Positions 1-14,730 of a stretch of DNA of 64,000 bases are shown here, one piece after another. A program made the position numbers and the translations under genes. The stretch lies in NCBI RefSeq assembly GCF_009914755.1, contig NC_060940.1; one strand, 5' to 3'. The first letter of the stretch is position 1. Each line of letters opens with the position of its first letter. The notes beneath the pieces are model-generated. The model was given only the letters and a program-made list of their open reading frames with translations, searched no databases and had not been told where the DNA came from. The DNA comes from the human T2T-CHM13v2.0 reference genome, Homo sapiens.

Positions 1-769
1 CCCAGCCGCCACCGTGTCCACATCGTGTGCCCTCTGGACCACTGCAGACCACTCTGCTTAGTCCTCAGTCTTGATGGTATCCCCTGAGTCAGGAAGCCAG
101 GTCCCTCCTGCAGATCCAGCACCACTGGCCACAAGACCACATTCCAGGGAAAGGAAATACAAGAGCAGAGTTAGTGGGAGCTCCAACAGGTAGAAGAAGA
201 GGGAGGAGGGTCCAGGCGGGGCTCTCTCTCCCCGTTCCCCTGGGGTGCCTGCCCTCTGCTGAGCCCACCTCCAAGTAGGTATGCTGCCAGTGCCTGCCAG
301 TGCCTCTCAACCAGGCGGTGTTGGTGACATTTCCCCCATTGAGTCAGCTTGCTGTTCATGCCTTCTCCTTGAGTCAATGGAAGCCTCCCTCAGGAGGGAA
401 CGGCAGACCCGTGCCAGTGCCAGCTCCAGGGAAGCCTGCTGACTGGGGTCTCTGGCTTCCGGTCCCACCGGCCAGCACGTGAGCTGCCTTCATGCATTTC
501 ACACACATTTCCCGAGCACTCTGTGGGACAAGGGGGGCTCTGGGAGGTGCGAAGGGACCACACAGCGTTGTCTCCAGGCACCGGTGCTGTTCTCTTGTCT
601 GGATTGTCCTACCTTGTCTGTCCAGCCAGCACCTGCTCCGTGGTCACTGCTGTTTCCTGAGAGGCCGGTCCCACCCTCCACCATGCACCTGTACTGTAGG
701 TGCTCCTTCAGGTCGTATTTTCCCCTTATTCCCATTATGATTTATAGAACCATTTGTGACATTACTTCT

Positions 770-910
770 TTCATATTGTTCTTCCCTATTAGAATGCAAG
801 CTCCACAAGGGCAGGGATTGTGTCTGTCGCTTTTATCCCAGCCCATGATATGGTGGCTGGCACCTAGTAGGTATGCAAATAATATATGAAAAATGAATTA
901 GGGAATCAAT
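770..910 (+). mobile_element. L2 3'-end fragment
   Basis: tagaatgcaagctccacaagggcaggga...tggcacctagtaggtatgcaaataatatatgaaaaatgaat resembles the L2 tail. Confidence 0.6.
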
Positions 911-3469
911 GAATAGAGATGCTTACAGAATATACCCCTGCCCCCCACCCCTACAGGAACACCTCTAAATTATTGGGAGCTGGATCTTTTAAGACAGAAG
1001 GTAAAAACATCTTTCCATTTTGCATTTGATTAGATGTTTTTCTCACCTGGTGTCACCCATCACCTCCCCTCTCCCAGGGGAGCATCAAGGGAGGTAAGAC
1101 GCCTGTAGCACAATGGAAAGGCCTCTGGGGGTTTTGTCCCTGCTCTGCCACAAACTAAATGTGCCTGTAGGCACATCTCTTCCTCTCCATATCACAGTTT
1201 TCCATCTGGAAAATGACTATTTCTGTGTGGGCTCTAAGCAGAACCATTTATTTGGCCAGTCTTCGTGGCAAAGGAGGCAGGGAAAGGAACTCTTCATGAG
1301 AAGGGAGTGGCTTTCAGGTGGCAGCCAGCACATCCTTCAACTGGCCCTTGGCAGATGCCACTTTTTTGTTGTTAATTTTCATTTCTTGGCACTAGCCTTA
1401 TCTTACCATCTAGATTGAGAAGCTCTGGAAGGGAGGGACCAGGCCTCATAGGCTTTAAGTCGGAAGAGACCTTCCAGCAGGCTGAACCCAAATGTGTCAC
1501 TCCAGGAGATTCGTATTGATCAATGACTCTACCCCTTTTACTCAAGTATTCTCTCTAGGTCAAAATGGTCCCTAGTAGGTTAAACACGAAGTGTCTGTCT
1601 CCCATTGGAAATGACTTGTTGTTCTTCCAGATAACAAGTATACATTTTTAAACATGAAACAAAACATACAAAGAAGAAAGTTTAAAAAAATCACTGAATG
1701 CCACCACCCAAAAGTGATTATTAATACATCTTGTTACACATCCTCACATAATAACTCCCTCTCCCTCCTTCTCCCTCCATACCACACCCTACCTCCTGCC
1801 CCCACCCACAAACAGTTTTATGAAAACAGCTGCACAGGACACACACTGTAACCAGCATTTTCACTTTACCGTCCTGTCCAGATCCTGGTCTCGTAGGTTC
1901 TGTGGAGCCCCCAATTCCTGGCATGTGGCTTCTTCCCTCACTGACATCTGACAGTTGTTTGATTAAAAATGTGTCATATGAGGCCAGGCAGGTCTGTCCC
2001 TACCTCCACTGGGGAGGCAGATGGCTTCAGGGGCCACGTCCCATTACTGCCGAGATCTCCCTGACGGCTGGAAACCATTGGTGCTGTGCATGGGAGTGAA
2101 GCACTGGGCCCTGACCCTAACCCAGGCAGCCACAGCACAGCTCTCCGTCAGTGTTCAGAAACATATTTCATGACACGTTAAGACAGCCTCAAATCAGGAA
2201 ATCCACCTTCTCATCCCACAACCACTCCCAACGTGTTCATTTGGTAAATGGTAAATGAGCAGATTCTCTGCTTTGGTCCGGAGAAACCCCCTCTGCCGCT
2301 CTTCTTTTCTCCACTGTGGCTTGTTAACCCTTGCTGCTGTTGTTGCTGCTCCTCCTCCTCCTCCTCCTCCTGACAAGCAGTGGTCCTCCCAGCCTTCCCT
2401 CCCCGTGGACCCAGTTCACATCCTCTTCCTCAAGAGGACAGACGCGGGACGCCTGACTGACTGCACGTTCTCCCCCGTCCCTCGTACCAAGTATGGCAAC
2501 AATAATAATAGCTAGCACTGATTGACTGCCGACTGTGCTGGGCACTCTACATGGATTCATTCTTTTGATCCTAACCATGAACCAGCTCTGTTACCACGCC
2601 CATCTCCCAGGAACAGATGCGGAAACAAGCACCCGGTCTCAGCTAGAGTCTGGCTCTAGAAGCCCCCGCTTCCTGTGGATCATTAAAGGGATTGTGATGG
2701 AGGAGGAGCGGCAGTCCAGTCCCAGGGCAGGAGCCAGGGCGCTGATAAAGGGAGCAGACGAGGGGCATTTAATCTAGCTGGAGATGTAGTGAAAAACCAT
2801 GTATCCCAACAGCCTAGGGCCTCTGAGTTTGTGACCCTCCAGAAGTTGGGGGGGAAACTGTATGTGTTGGTACATTGTCACACTGTCAGAGGAGTCTATG
2901 ATTCAGAGAAGGAGAATGGCTGCTGGGCCAGATGAGCCTCCAAGGTCCCTTCCAGCTCCCAAGCCTGTGGTTCTGTGACCATATAAGGCCAGCATGCCTG
3001 GGGAGTCTCACTGCAGCTAAGTGCAGTCCTACACTGCAAGGGGGAAGCAGAGAGCAAAGGGAGCCCAAGTCCAGGCCTCCTGCAGGGTCCCTAAGGCAGC
3101 AGAGAGAGAAATGGAGGTGCGGGGAGAACCAGGGTTTCTCCTTGGTTGCCTCTTCCCAGAAAGCTCAGACCTGTGCAGGCGGGCTTGGTTGCCACCCTCT
3201 GTCTCTCCCCATACCCACGTGAGATCTCCTCTCAGCAGCGTTGCCAGGTTTCCAGAGTCCAGCTGGCGGTTTCTGTCCAAAGTCAAACACTCCACAGTCA
3301 GTCCTTGGTTGTTCAGACCTCCTGTTCCTTATGGTGCTTCTGGTTTGGTGGCCTGGAACACCCCTGAGCGTCCCTGAGTTTTGGGTGGACATGAATTCAG
3401 AATCTAGCTTGATCTCCCTTTGATACCCTGGCTTTGCAGTCATAAGAAATCTAGTAGGTCCCCACCCTG

Positions 3470-3518
3470 ACACACACACACACACACACACACACATAAC
3501 ACACACAGGGACACACAC
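3470..3518. repeat. (CA)n microsatellite, imperfect 3' part
   Basis: Direct reading. Confidence 0.95.
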
Positions 3519-3769
3519 GTCTGCCTCCTTTAGTGAGTGCTCTGGAGAGGGACAGGTCTGGTGCATCTGTGTACTCCTGACTCATGTAGTTATGTCCCAC
3601 TTTATCCAAGCACTGTCTGGAGCTCAACCCTATGCCAGGAGATATGGGAAGAAAGCAGAGATAGGTGAGATGTGGTGCTTTAATTTTAAAAATTAAAAAT
3701 TAGTAAACAAGTCTTCTGGGAGATGATCTCTGATTATTATTGTTATCAGGGTACAAAATATGTACCTTT

Positions 3770-3950
3770 TAGTCATGTCTCTGTTGGTTCTAAGTGGCAG
3801 AAGCCCAAATCAAATTAGCTTATTCAAAATTGAGAGGGAATTATTTGGCTCATATCACTCAAAAGTATGGGGTGGGCTTCAGGCATGGTTGGACCCAGGG
3901 GCTCAAATGATGTTTCTGGGACTTGATTCTGCACTCAATCGCTCAGCTAT
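3770..3950 (-). mobile_element. Old MaLR LTR fragment (MLT1J/K/L-like)
   Basis: aagtggcagaagcccaaatcaaattagctt...tatttggctcat...cttcaggcatggttggacccaggggctcaaatgatg. Confidence 0.55.
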
Positions 3951-4264
3951 GTAGATGAACAGCCCACCTGGGGCTGCTGCAATGTGAGATGCCACTGACT
4001 GTTGCTAAGGTATCTCGTGGAGCCTCGCTCCTGATTTCCAAATCCTGGCCTTGTCACCTCCACAACTCAGACCTGGGCTGTCACATGAGACTGAACTCTC
4101 CAGAGCTGTATCTCCAACTCCAACCCAGAGGCCTCCTTTCCTTGCCAGAACATTGGGCAGATACAACAGGGTGAGTTCCAATGCTTGTTTTGTGGGTGAA
4201 ATCTCTGGATTCTCCTGGATATAGGGACTCAGGGCAGAAAGAGAAGCCCTGCCTTTCAGCATTT

Positions 4265-4430
4265 GCCATTTACCAGCTGTATGTCGAGTAAGTGGCCTAA
4301 CCTATCTGAGCCTCAGTTTCCTCATCTGTAAAGAGGAGATAATTTATCTCCTAGAATTGTTTTGAAGGTTAAATGAAATGACACATGTAAAGCACTTAGC
4401 ACAGAGGGTAAACCCTCAAACATGAGCTGC
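4265..4430 (+). mobile_element. MIR SINE
   Basis: Core ctgagcctcagtttcctcatctgtaaa. Confidence 0.75.
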
Positions 4431-4498
4431 AATTATTCTGCTTATCTTATACTGCAAATGAAAGAAATTATGTTTGCAGGATTTTAACTTTAGAATGA

Positions 4499-4801
<303 letters not shown>

Positions 4802-5093
4802 GGAAAATATTAATAGCTACCATTTGTTTTATACTTACTATATGGTAGGCACTTTACATTTATTCCTCCCAACTCTTTTGCTTATGAGGAAACCAAGGCT
4901 CAGGAGATTAAATTGTTTACCAGGGACACACAGCTCATCCTGTCCAATGCCCAACCTCTAACCACTGCTCTACTCGGCCTTTCTAAAATGGTGTGGGGAA
5001 ATAGAAAATAAAGAGGGTCTTTATTGATACATTTAAGGATATTTGCCTCAAATCAATGCTAGCAAGAAAAAAAGAAGAGGAATGTGGCATTTA

Positions 5094-5516
<423 letters not shown>

Positions 5517-6064
5517 CTAATCATGATTTGAGCAATTTCCCCCAAATTGCAACATTTCTGCAAACTGCAAATGAAGCTTCTTTATCTTGGGACACCCCAG
5601 GCAACAGATTGAGACCTGCCAGGCAGTATTTTCAGCCCATGAATTGAAGTGTGATAGAAAGTACTGTGAGCTTGGAGACCTGTATCCTGTTCTTGGCCCA
5701 GGCTCTTACCTGCTGAGAGATATTGGGGCAATTACTTATTCTCTCTCAGCCTCAGTTTTCTCTTCTGTCAAATGGGTATAATAAAATCCCACCCTTTCCA
5801 CCTGATCAAGTGCATATAAAGATTAATGATATCAATAGGTGTGAAATAGGTTGAAGGAAGTCCCAGAGCCAGCCATAGGTCTAGAGAACATTCCCAGGAG
5901 AGTGGTAGGGTCTGCTGGTCCCAAATGAAGCATGAGAAACTCAATGCACTGGCTTCTGGGGAAGCATATCATAGCATGGGGACCAGCAAATCCTGCCTGC
6001 ACCACTCAGGTCACCCAAAGGGTCCCACCCTCTTAGGGGAATCTAGGTACCAGTTGCCTTTCTT

Positions 6065-7335
6065 TTCTGTTTTTTAGTATTTACGCTAGAGTTTACAATG
6101 TGTATCTTGACTTATTACACTTTACTTTCAAATAATATTATATTAATACTACTTTTTTCACATACAAGAATCTTTCTACAGTATAGAGTATACTTTCATT
6201 TTATCCCTCCCATCCTTTGTGCTATGGTTGAAGTTTTATTTCTATGTATGTTATAAACATAATACATTTTTCAGCTTCTTCCCTCTCTTTGTTTCAATTT
6301 AGATAGTTTTTATTGCCATGTTTTCAAGTTCACTCATCTTCTGTATGTCTAATCTGCTGTTAATCCCATCCAGTGAAATTTTTATTTTAGATATTATATT
6401 TTCATCAGTTGATATTCCCTTTTGTTCTTTTTAATGTCTTCCATTTCTTTCCTCATTATGTTCATAATTCCCTTCAATTTCTTAGAAATATTTAAAATAG
6501 ATGTTTTAAAATTCTTATTAATTCCATGATCTCTGTCACTGCTGGGTCTGTTTCTGTTGACTGCATTTTATCATAGTTATGGGTCATGCTTTTCTGCTTC
6601 TTTGCATATTCAGGAATTATTTGTGTGATGCTGATACTATGAATATTATATTGTTGAATGTCTAGATTTTGTTGTTCTCATGTAAAGACTGTTGGACTTT
6701 ATTCTCCAGGTAGTTAAGTTACTTGTAGATCAGCTTGATTTTTTTTTAACTTTGTTTTTAAGCTTCATGAGGGCAGGTCTAAAGCAGCCTTTACTCTGGA
6801 GCTAGCTCAGCCCCGTTGCTATGGCATGAGCCTTCTGGCGTCTCTGCTGAGTGCCCCAGGCGTTCAACAAGGACTCTTCACTCTGGCTGTTTGGAACTTG
6901 AATATCTCCCAGCCTTGAATGAGCTCTGGGAAGCGTTCAACTGATAAGCTCCCTGATGCTTGTTCTTTCTTTAGTAATTGTTCCTTGACCAGCTGTGGAA
7001 TCTTACCCTATCCAGCCACAGACTCCAAGGAGACCCCTGTGCACTCTCTGAAGCATCTGAAGTGCTCTCTCTTCGCAGTTTTCTCCCCTCTGGTACGCTG
7101 CCCTTCCAGCTACCTCAGCTTTCCTGAACTCACTTTTTCTCTTCAGCTCAGTGAAATGGCTGTGTTCTGCCTGGGTTCCCTCCTGCACTGTGGTCTAGTA
7201 AACACCTAAAGGCGGACGCCCAGGCCATCACCGGACTCTCCTCCTTGGTCTCCCTTCTCTCAGGGATCACAGTCCTGCACTGTCTATTCTCCAGTGTTTG
7301 AAGATGCTTGTTTCACATATTTTGTCTGGTTTTCT
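6065..7335 (-). mobile_element. Ancient L1M fragments
   Basis: T-rich decayed L1 antisense sequence (ttttcaagttcactcatctt...tctaatctgctgttaatcccatccagtgaaatt). Confidence 0.7.
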
Positions 7336-7571
7336 AGTTGTTTACAGTGGGAGCTAGCAAAGATCCCTTTGAGATCTCTCTGGGGTGGTGCACCAGTGGC
7401 CTGTACTGGTTATGTACTCCCTCAAGATACTTTTACAAAACTGGACTTAGGAATAATGAAAGTCGACAGAAAGTTAATAGGGTCATTCTGATCTGCTTTT
7501 TAGAGAAATTCAGGGTGAAGACCCGCAAACCAGCACCAAGTGGAATTTGCAGCAGGAATCATTATTGTACG

Positions 7572-7999
7572 TCAACTGATGACTGGATAAATAAAATGTG
7601 GTACATCCATACAGTGGAATACTATTCAGTAATAAAAAGGAATGAGCTACTGATACATGCTACAACATGAATGAATCTTGAAAACATTGTGCTAAGTGAA
7701 AGAAACCAGTCACAAAAGACCATACATTGTATGGTTCCATTTATATGAACTGTCCAGAATAGCCGAATTTATAGAAACAAAATGTAGATCAGTGGTTGCT
7801 TAGGGTAGGGGCAGGGCATGGACAGTAACTGCTAATGGATACAAAGTTCCTTTTGGGGAGATTGAAATGTTCTAAAATTAGATTGTGGTGATGATTGACC
7901 AACCTTGTGAATATACTAAAAACCATTGAATTGTATACTTTAAGTAGGTAGAGTCTATATATGAACTATATCTCAATAAAACTGTTGTTTTTAAAAAAA
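7572..7999 (+). mobile_element. L1MB/ME 3' end
   Basis: ggataaataaaatgtggtacatccatacagtggaatactattcag...tatctcaataaaactg followed by an A-rich tail. Confidence 0.88.
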
Positions 8000-8936
8000 G
8001 AAGAAGAATCTTTAGCCATTTTCTCCTGCATGAAAGTAATGAAGGAATTGGAAGGAGCCTTGGTATGGTAGAAAGGAGGTCTCAGTTATTATATTGGTGC
8101 GTGAACGTGTCACAAGTAGTGTTCTATCTGGGACTGAAAATATGACCACAGAAGAGTTTACATAGTTCATTGAGGGAGGACAAATGTAGGATGTTAATCT
8201 TAAAATTCATTTGCTCTTTCTGGATTACTTTAGTTATAAGAGGATTCTTGTGGTTTTGGCGTGAGCCCCTCCTTCTAGCTTTCTCTCCTGCCCGGATCCT
8301 TGTCAGCAGTGAGCACATGTTGAGTGGCTAGCAGGCAGTGCCACGTGGCCTCTGAAAGTTGTGATGTCCCCTTTATGTCTTCTTTGTCCCTGTTCAGATC
8401 CACCAGAACGAGGGTGGTATGTGGTTAAATCCTAGCCAAGGATGAAAAAGTAGGCAAACCCTTTTATTGACTTTTCTGTTGTCAAAGATAAAGATGGTTA
8501 TTTGTTTGTCTTAAGTGAATCATTTTACCTTCATTAAAAGCGGTGAGTTTTCTGTGAAAGAAAAATGCATCATCCATTTGCAGACTTTTTACAGGGATTT
8601 TCAACAATATGCCTCTGGGTGTACACCTAAGTTGGGACCCCGAACTTTGCTTAAAATACTCATGACTAACATACATTGAGTGCTTAATGTATGCCCTTCC
8701 TGTTCTAAGTACTTTCAAGTATTATCACACCTCATTGACGGATTTTTCTTTCATTATGTAGGGAATGTGAAAAGACTGCATTTCTTTTTTCCAAGATTCT
8801 GTTTTCCAGTAATTTAGGTAGCTTTTTCCTTTAGATTTTATGACATTAATGTAGCAACTCAGTAACTCAGCATCTCGGCTGGACCTGGCCCACAGTCAGC
8901 CAGTGCGTCTCATGCCTGTGCTCTCTGTGTTGATGA

Positions 8937-9131
<195 letters not shown>

Positions 9132-10824
9132 TGAGCCCATAAGCACAGCAACAAGAGGTTCTGTCTGTGTTACCCCACTGCCTCCTCTTTATAGTGCTGG
9201 GCTGCCTTAAATGAACGAGAAGAGACTCCGCTATGTTTGAAAGATATATGGTGGCACAGTCACCAACCTAAGCCATTGCATCCACCCCTCTGGCAAACTC
9301 CCAGCAAACTCACCAACTTTGCAAGTTGCAGGGGCTACAAAACTCCCGGATTTATTTTGCAGATGAGGAAGAGTTGGTGACAGTTCTAAATTGGAGCTGC
9401 CACAACACTGTCTAAGTACCTGTCCTTGGGCAATTAACTTGTACAGAAAAAAATATGTATTAAACAAAACAAGCCTTGTCTGGCCACCATCTCCCCTCCT
9501 TAGAAGAACTTTCCTTGCCTTGTTGTGGAGTGAGGATAGCCATTTGAATTGACTGCCTTTCCTCTTTTACACCAAGGGCTATGTTTTCTGCCTCCCCTGG
9601 GTAAGTATGAGGACCTACAGGGCTCTCCTTCCTGTAGAAAGTCAGTGTCCTAGAACAGGGACTGTTTGGGGGTAACATTTCCAGTCTTCTATTAAGTGGT
9701 GAATGGAATAAGTACTATATAAAAGCCTCTAATTTGCAAACATTTATATTAACTGTTAAGACTGAACTATATACAGCTACACTGGCAAGGCTAAATAAAA
9801 GGAGGGAGGGAGAGAGGGAGAGGAGAAAATAGCCTCAGAATTCTTTCCAGAAGCAGCTCTTTGTCCCTGTTTGGGACTGAATCTCAGTGATCCTCCCTCT
9901 GGGACCTGGAGATTGGAGAAGGGGGCGGAGGGCAGGTACAGCCTCCAAGCACCTGGGCTCTGCATCTGAGCCTCTGGATGGAGAGCATTCATCTCTGATT
10001 GCTGTGTGATTTGATTGTCTATTATACACATGTCCTGTCTTTGCTAAAAATCATCTTCCTCACAGAGGAAAACTGTCCTGGTTGTCTCTGTGTCTGATAA
10101 ATCATCCATGATAGACAGCTTTAAATGTAAAATTTGATATGTAATGCACAAAATCCTAATTCCATGGGGCAGAGTCATCCAGCCCAGGCATTGGCTCCTC
10201 CAGGTACTGGGGAATTGGGTGACTGAGGGTATGTCCGAGGCCAGCCTGCGGTGGAGAAGCTGGGCACTAGCAGGGGGACCTGGGCCCATCTGCCGCTCCT
10301 CCTGGAGGCCAAGTTGGGAAGTGGATTCTGCAAAGGAAGCACTTCTTCCTGGAAGGCCGGCTTTGGGTTTGGTCACGGAGCCAGGGCCTGTGGAAAGAGG
10401 GAATGGGGGAGTGGATGGGTCCATTCACTGCAGGCTTATGATGTGCAAGGCTTTGAGCTAGGTGCTGTGGATACAGGAATGAGCACAGCAGGGAATGGTG
10501 TCTGGTTGCAGAAAACACCTATTCAGATCGTTAGAACTAACCCAGATGAGTACAGTGCTTCATTCTTCTTAATAACAATAGTAGGAATAAAAACAGCTAC
10601 CATCTGTTGAGCACCTACTGGCTGCCAGGCACATACTAAGCACTTTACACATAATGACTCGTTTTATTTAACTCATTTTATTACAGCCCAGAGCAAGGAG
10701 TGCCTCATCTTCAGGCATGGCACAAGCCACAGGCCTCTGGTCTGTCTGTCTCCCTTTGACTAAGTGGGGAGCGTGATATCTGAATCTCAGCCAGATAGCA
10801 GACACAGTACAAAAGGCACACCCC

Positions 10825-10826
<2 letters not shown>

Positions 10827-10872
<46 letters not shown>
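10827..10872. repeat. (AC)23 microsatellite
   Basis: Direct reading. Confidence 0.97.
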
Positions 10873-10874
<2 letters not shown>

Positions 10875-12741
10875 TGTGTGAGATCTTCCAGGAGCAAATG
10901 TATTCATCTCCCAGCCAGCTCTTCCTAAAAATCTCCTATACTGATTATAACCCAGCAAAGTCAGTGTGGCTTTGGAATACTTTTCTCCTTCCATTTTGGA
11001 AAACATTCATTGTTCCCATGGGATTTTTTTTTCCATTTTATTATCCTGAATGGAGAGATGATTGCTTGGGAATCGCTAGGACTATGATACGTTAAGGACT
11101 GTACTGCAGGCCCCTGGGAAACAGGGTCCCTTCTCTGGCTATTTCTCCTCCATGGAATTTCCCAGTCAAGTCAGCCTTCAAGTAGGAAGGAGGGGAAGGC
11201 TCCAATGGAAGGAGAGACTGAGAGCTAAGCGGGACTCCCTGGAGAGTCCACTGGACACAGTCGAGTCCAAGCACAGTTCCGTTATGGCAGGTGGCACCAT
11301 GGCCAGCACCTGGCCCATCCCTAGGGCAACACAGCCTTGTCTGGTGTGAGCTTCCTGGTGGGCAAAGGCCTCCCTGGCACTCAGGCACCCCCTTCCTGTA
11401 TTCTTACACCTGTGAGGAGCAGGAAAGGAGTGAACCCGAGACCCAGGCCACAGCAAGCCAGACAACTGGAAAAGGCGTTCCCGGGAGTGGGCTGGTGTGG
11501 ATTCGCAGCCTGTGGAGCTGGGCAGAAGAGAGTGGAAGCCACCACTTGGCATGAGGAGACATGCCAGGCCAGAAAGGGCTGCAGTACCTGCTGGTGTGGG
11601 GGCAGCTCAGAGCCAACATCCTTCCCTTTCCATGTTCTCATGGAGCTTCCTATCTAGCAGTACAGGCAGCAAACAAGCCCACAAGTAGGTGACTGCATAA
11701 TGTCAGATAATGCTAAGGGCTGCAAGGAAAACAAAATAAGGTGATGTGAGAGCCTGATCTGGGGGTAGGAGGAGCAGATAATTCAGAGTGGGAGGACGAG
11801 GGGACAGAAAGTTCCAGACAAGCACCCAGGCCCTGAGGGAGGAATGAGCCTGGCGCAGAGGAATATAAAGCTCTGTTCAGCTGGAGCTACCTGCAGCCAG
11901 GCAGCTCCTGATGTCCAGATGCCCTGAGCCCAGTGCTGGGTCCCCATATTTTTCTGTCTCTAGGGTCCCCAGCCACTCTCCACCTAGGGGATCTGCCATT
12001 TGGATGCTGGGGAAACCACCTTATGCTGCAGGAGTCCAGATCCGTGTTTTGGTCTCTGAAGAAGAGACCTCCTTCCCTCTCATGTTTTTTTCACCTCTGC
12101 CACCCACCACCACTCATCAGGGGATGTCTGGAGGAAGACAACCCCACTCCCAGCACCTGCCGGGGCCAGCCAGCCTTGCACTCTCCACACAGAAAAGCGC
12201 CTAAGAGCTTCCTTGCTGTACCTCAGTGTCAGCCCCTAGAACAGGTAGGTGTCCCTGAGTTCCCCCGGCAGCTGACTCACCACCTGTCCTGTCTGTTTCC
12301 CCCAGAGGAAAGAGGACTGGCTGGTTTTTCCTTCAGCCTCTCTGGTGTGGAGTCACTTGGGGCCCCGTGACTGTGCGTGAGCCTGAACCTGAAAGAGCCT
12401 CCGTGCAGAGCAAACAGCAGGGACCTCCTTACATCCGTCTGTGGTTTCCACACCCCAGGCCCCAGCCTCAGACTACAGACCTCTCCCAGGGGCCCCATGT
12501 ACTCTCACTCCTCTGGGCCTTCGCTGGGGTGTGCTCTCTGCCTCTAGTGCCGTCCTCTTTTCTTCCCCTCTTCCACGTGGAACTGCCCCACTCAGTAAGG
12601 GCCCACTATGCTTCATCTTGTCCATGAAGCCTCCTTCCCTTTTCCTTCCCTGAGGAAGAAACTCAGCTCAGGGCTTTCTCCATGAAGCTCTTATCTCACA
12701 CACTGGCATGAAGATGAATTGTTTATGCTTCTTTCCATAGA

Positions 12742-12897
12742 GCAGTGGGCCCTAAAGTGTAGTCAGAGTCCTTTGAGCAGCTCATGAAAGCCGCGAGCCT
12801 TCCCTCCAGAACAGGGGACACAGCACACATCTAGGAGATTCTGCATGCAATTTCAAGGGGGCCTGGCCCACCAATGGAGTCCAGCCTAAGAACCCCT
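12742..12897. mobile_element. hAT-Charlie MITE (MER103-like)
   Basis: cagtgggccctaaa...tgcatgcaatttcaaggggg...cctaagaacccc termini. Confidence 0.45.
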
Positions 12898-13084
12898 TCA
12901 TCATTTAAGGTCTTCTGATCAAGGCGTATGTCGTTTATCTTTGGGTCACCTCCTCACTCCAGCAGCCAACACAGTGCTCAGCACTTAGTAGGACTTCAAG
13001 ACCCATCCCATTAATGGAATGACATTTCTAACTTTCCCAGTTTTCAGAGAAAAAAAGGCAAAGTGCCTGTAACTTTGTCACTAC

Positions 13085-13780
13085 ATCAACAGCTGTTGAT
13101 TGAGTACCTACCATGTGTCGGGCTGGTACTAAGCCACGTGTGAAGATTCAAAGGCATGTGAGTTGGAGCCTTTAAGGAGCTGGTCATCTTCTTGGGAAGA
13201 TGGAGCTCACAGGCAGAGTGAGCACAGCCCTTGCACATGGTGGGCAGGAAGAGCTGCTTAGTGGGAGTGAAGATGGAACTGTCCCTGAAGCACAGGTACA
13301 GTTTGACAGGTGCAGTATAGGTGAGCAAAGGCCCTTGAAGCCAGGAAAAAAACATGGTTGGTAATGAGGGAAAGGAGAGTTAATTGGCAGAGGAGGCCAG
13401 TGGGCAGAACAGAGGACTGGGGTCTGAGCAAGATGTGGGAAAACTAGAAGGTCCAGTTGGGTCCAGATTTGGTGGGCCCTGGAAGGTAGGCCATGGAGTT
13501 TGGGTTTTATCCTGTTAGCAGTAGGCAGCCGTGGAGAGATTTTGAGCTGGGATGGGATGAAAGTGAAATTTTAGGAAATTATGATGATGGCATGTGCAGA
13601 GTGGACAGGGCAGGGAGGGGGATGGCAGGGGGAGACTAAAGATGGGAGGCAGGTGAAGAAGCTGCAGCAACAGACCACGAATAAGGTGCAAGGGGCTAGG
13701 TGAGGGGTCAGAAAGGCAGTAGAGTGATGCGTAGCAACAAAGGAAATACAGGGGCCTGGTGATTAATTGGCTGTTGGAAA
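13085..13780 (-). mobile_element. L2 fragments
   Basis: ttgattgagtacctaccatgtgtcggg...tttgggttttatcct...ttttaggaaatt, typical of antisense L2. Confidence 0.65.
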
Positions 13781-14044
13781 AGGATGGGCACAAGGTAGAA
13801 CCTCAGCCAGAAAGCCAGGAGGCCGGGTGGGGCCGGACCACAGAGGGTGAGTCCCCTTCCAAACCTAAGGGGTTTCCAGGTGGGGGAGGTCCGCACATAT
13901 CAGATGGATGGATTCAGAGAACTGAAGCTCTGGGAATTACTGACTCCAGGATAATAACGGCTTTCTATTTTTATGTTTCAGAGCCTTTATTGGAAAAGGG
14001 TGGGCCTAATTTGTCCTGTTATTTAAAAAATATTCCTTAATGCT

Positions 14045-14165
14045 TAAATTATTTAATCCTAACAGCTACCTGTGCTGTGGGTGCTATTGTTGTCCTCATT
14101 TTATAGGTTAAAAAAAAATGAGGCATGGAGAGGCTAAGTGACTTGCCCAGGGTCATGCAATACAA
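14045..14165 (-). mobile_element. MIR SINE
   Basis: ctcattttatagg...gaggcatggagaggctaagtgacttgcccagggtca. Confidence 0.7.
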
Positions 14166-14489
14166 ATTATATATGTATACAGTGTAGACATGGAAGCCTA
14201 ACAAGACTAGAACCTGTGTGGCCTGGGTCCAGAGCAGAGTCCCATTTAGATAGGCACAGTATGATGAGGTAAAACAAATCATTCAAAGAATCCCATCCTT
14301 CATCCTAAGTCTCTCTAAGAATATGAAAAGGGACCAGAGACAGCTCCCCCTGCTGTTCTCAAACATCCTCTCCTGCCTCCCACATCTGTCCCACCCCACT
14401 CCCTTGAGCTGCCTTACCCCCCTGGGTTCTCCATGGACCCTCTTCTCCACCCCAGCGAGCAAGGCTGGTCCTCTCTTTCCCACTAAAGG

Positions 14490-14730
14490 GGTTCCTGCTC
14501 TGCCTCTCCTTCACTCCTCCCTTTTTCTTCATCTCCCTTTCCCCTCCCCTTCTATCTCTCCCTTTCCCGCCTTCCCTTTTTCCCTTTTCCTCTGTCCTCC
14601 TCCCTCCTTCTCAGTCCCCTTTTCCTCCTCCCCTTCCCTCTCTCCCTCCCTTCCTCCTCACTCCAGCTCATTATTATGTAAATTGTCTTCACCTTCTGAG
14701 CCAAGCTCTCCCCCTCCTCCTTCCTCTAGC
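14490..14730. repeat. CT-rich low-complexity polypyrimidine tract
   Basis: About 240 nt, mostly C/T. Confidence 0.85.
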
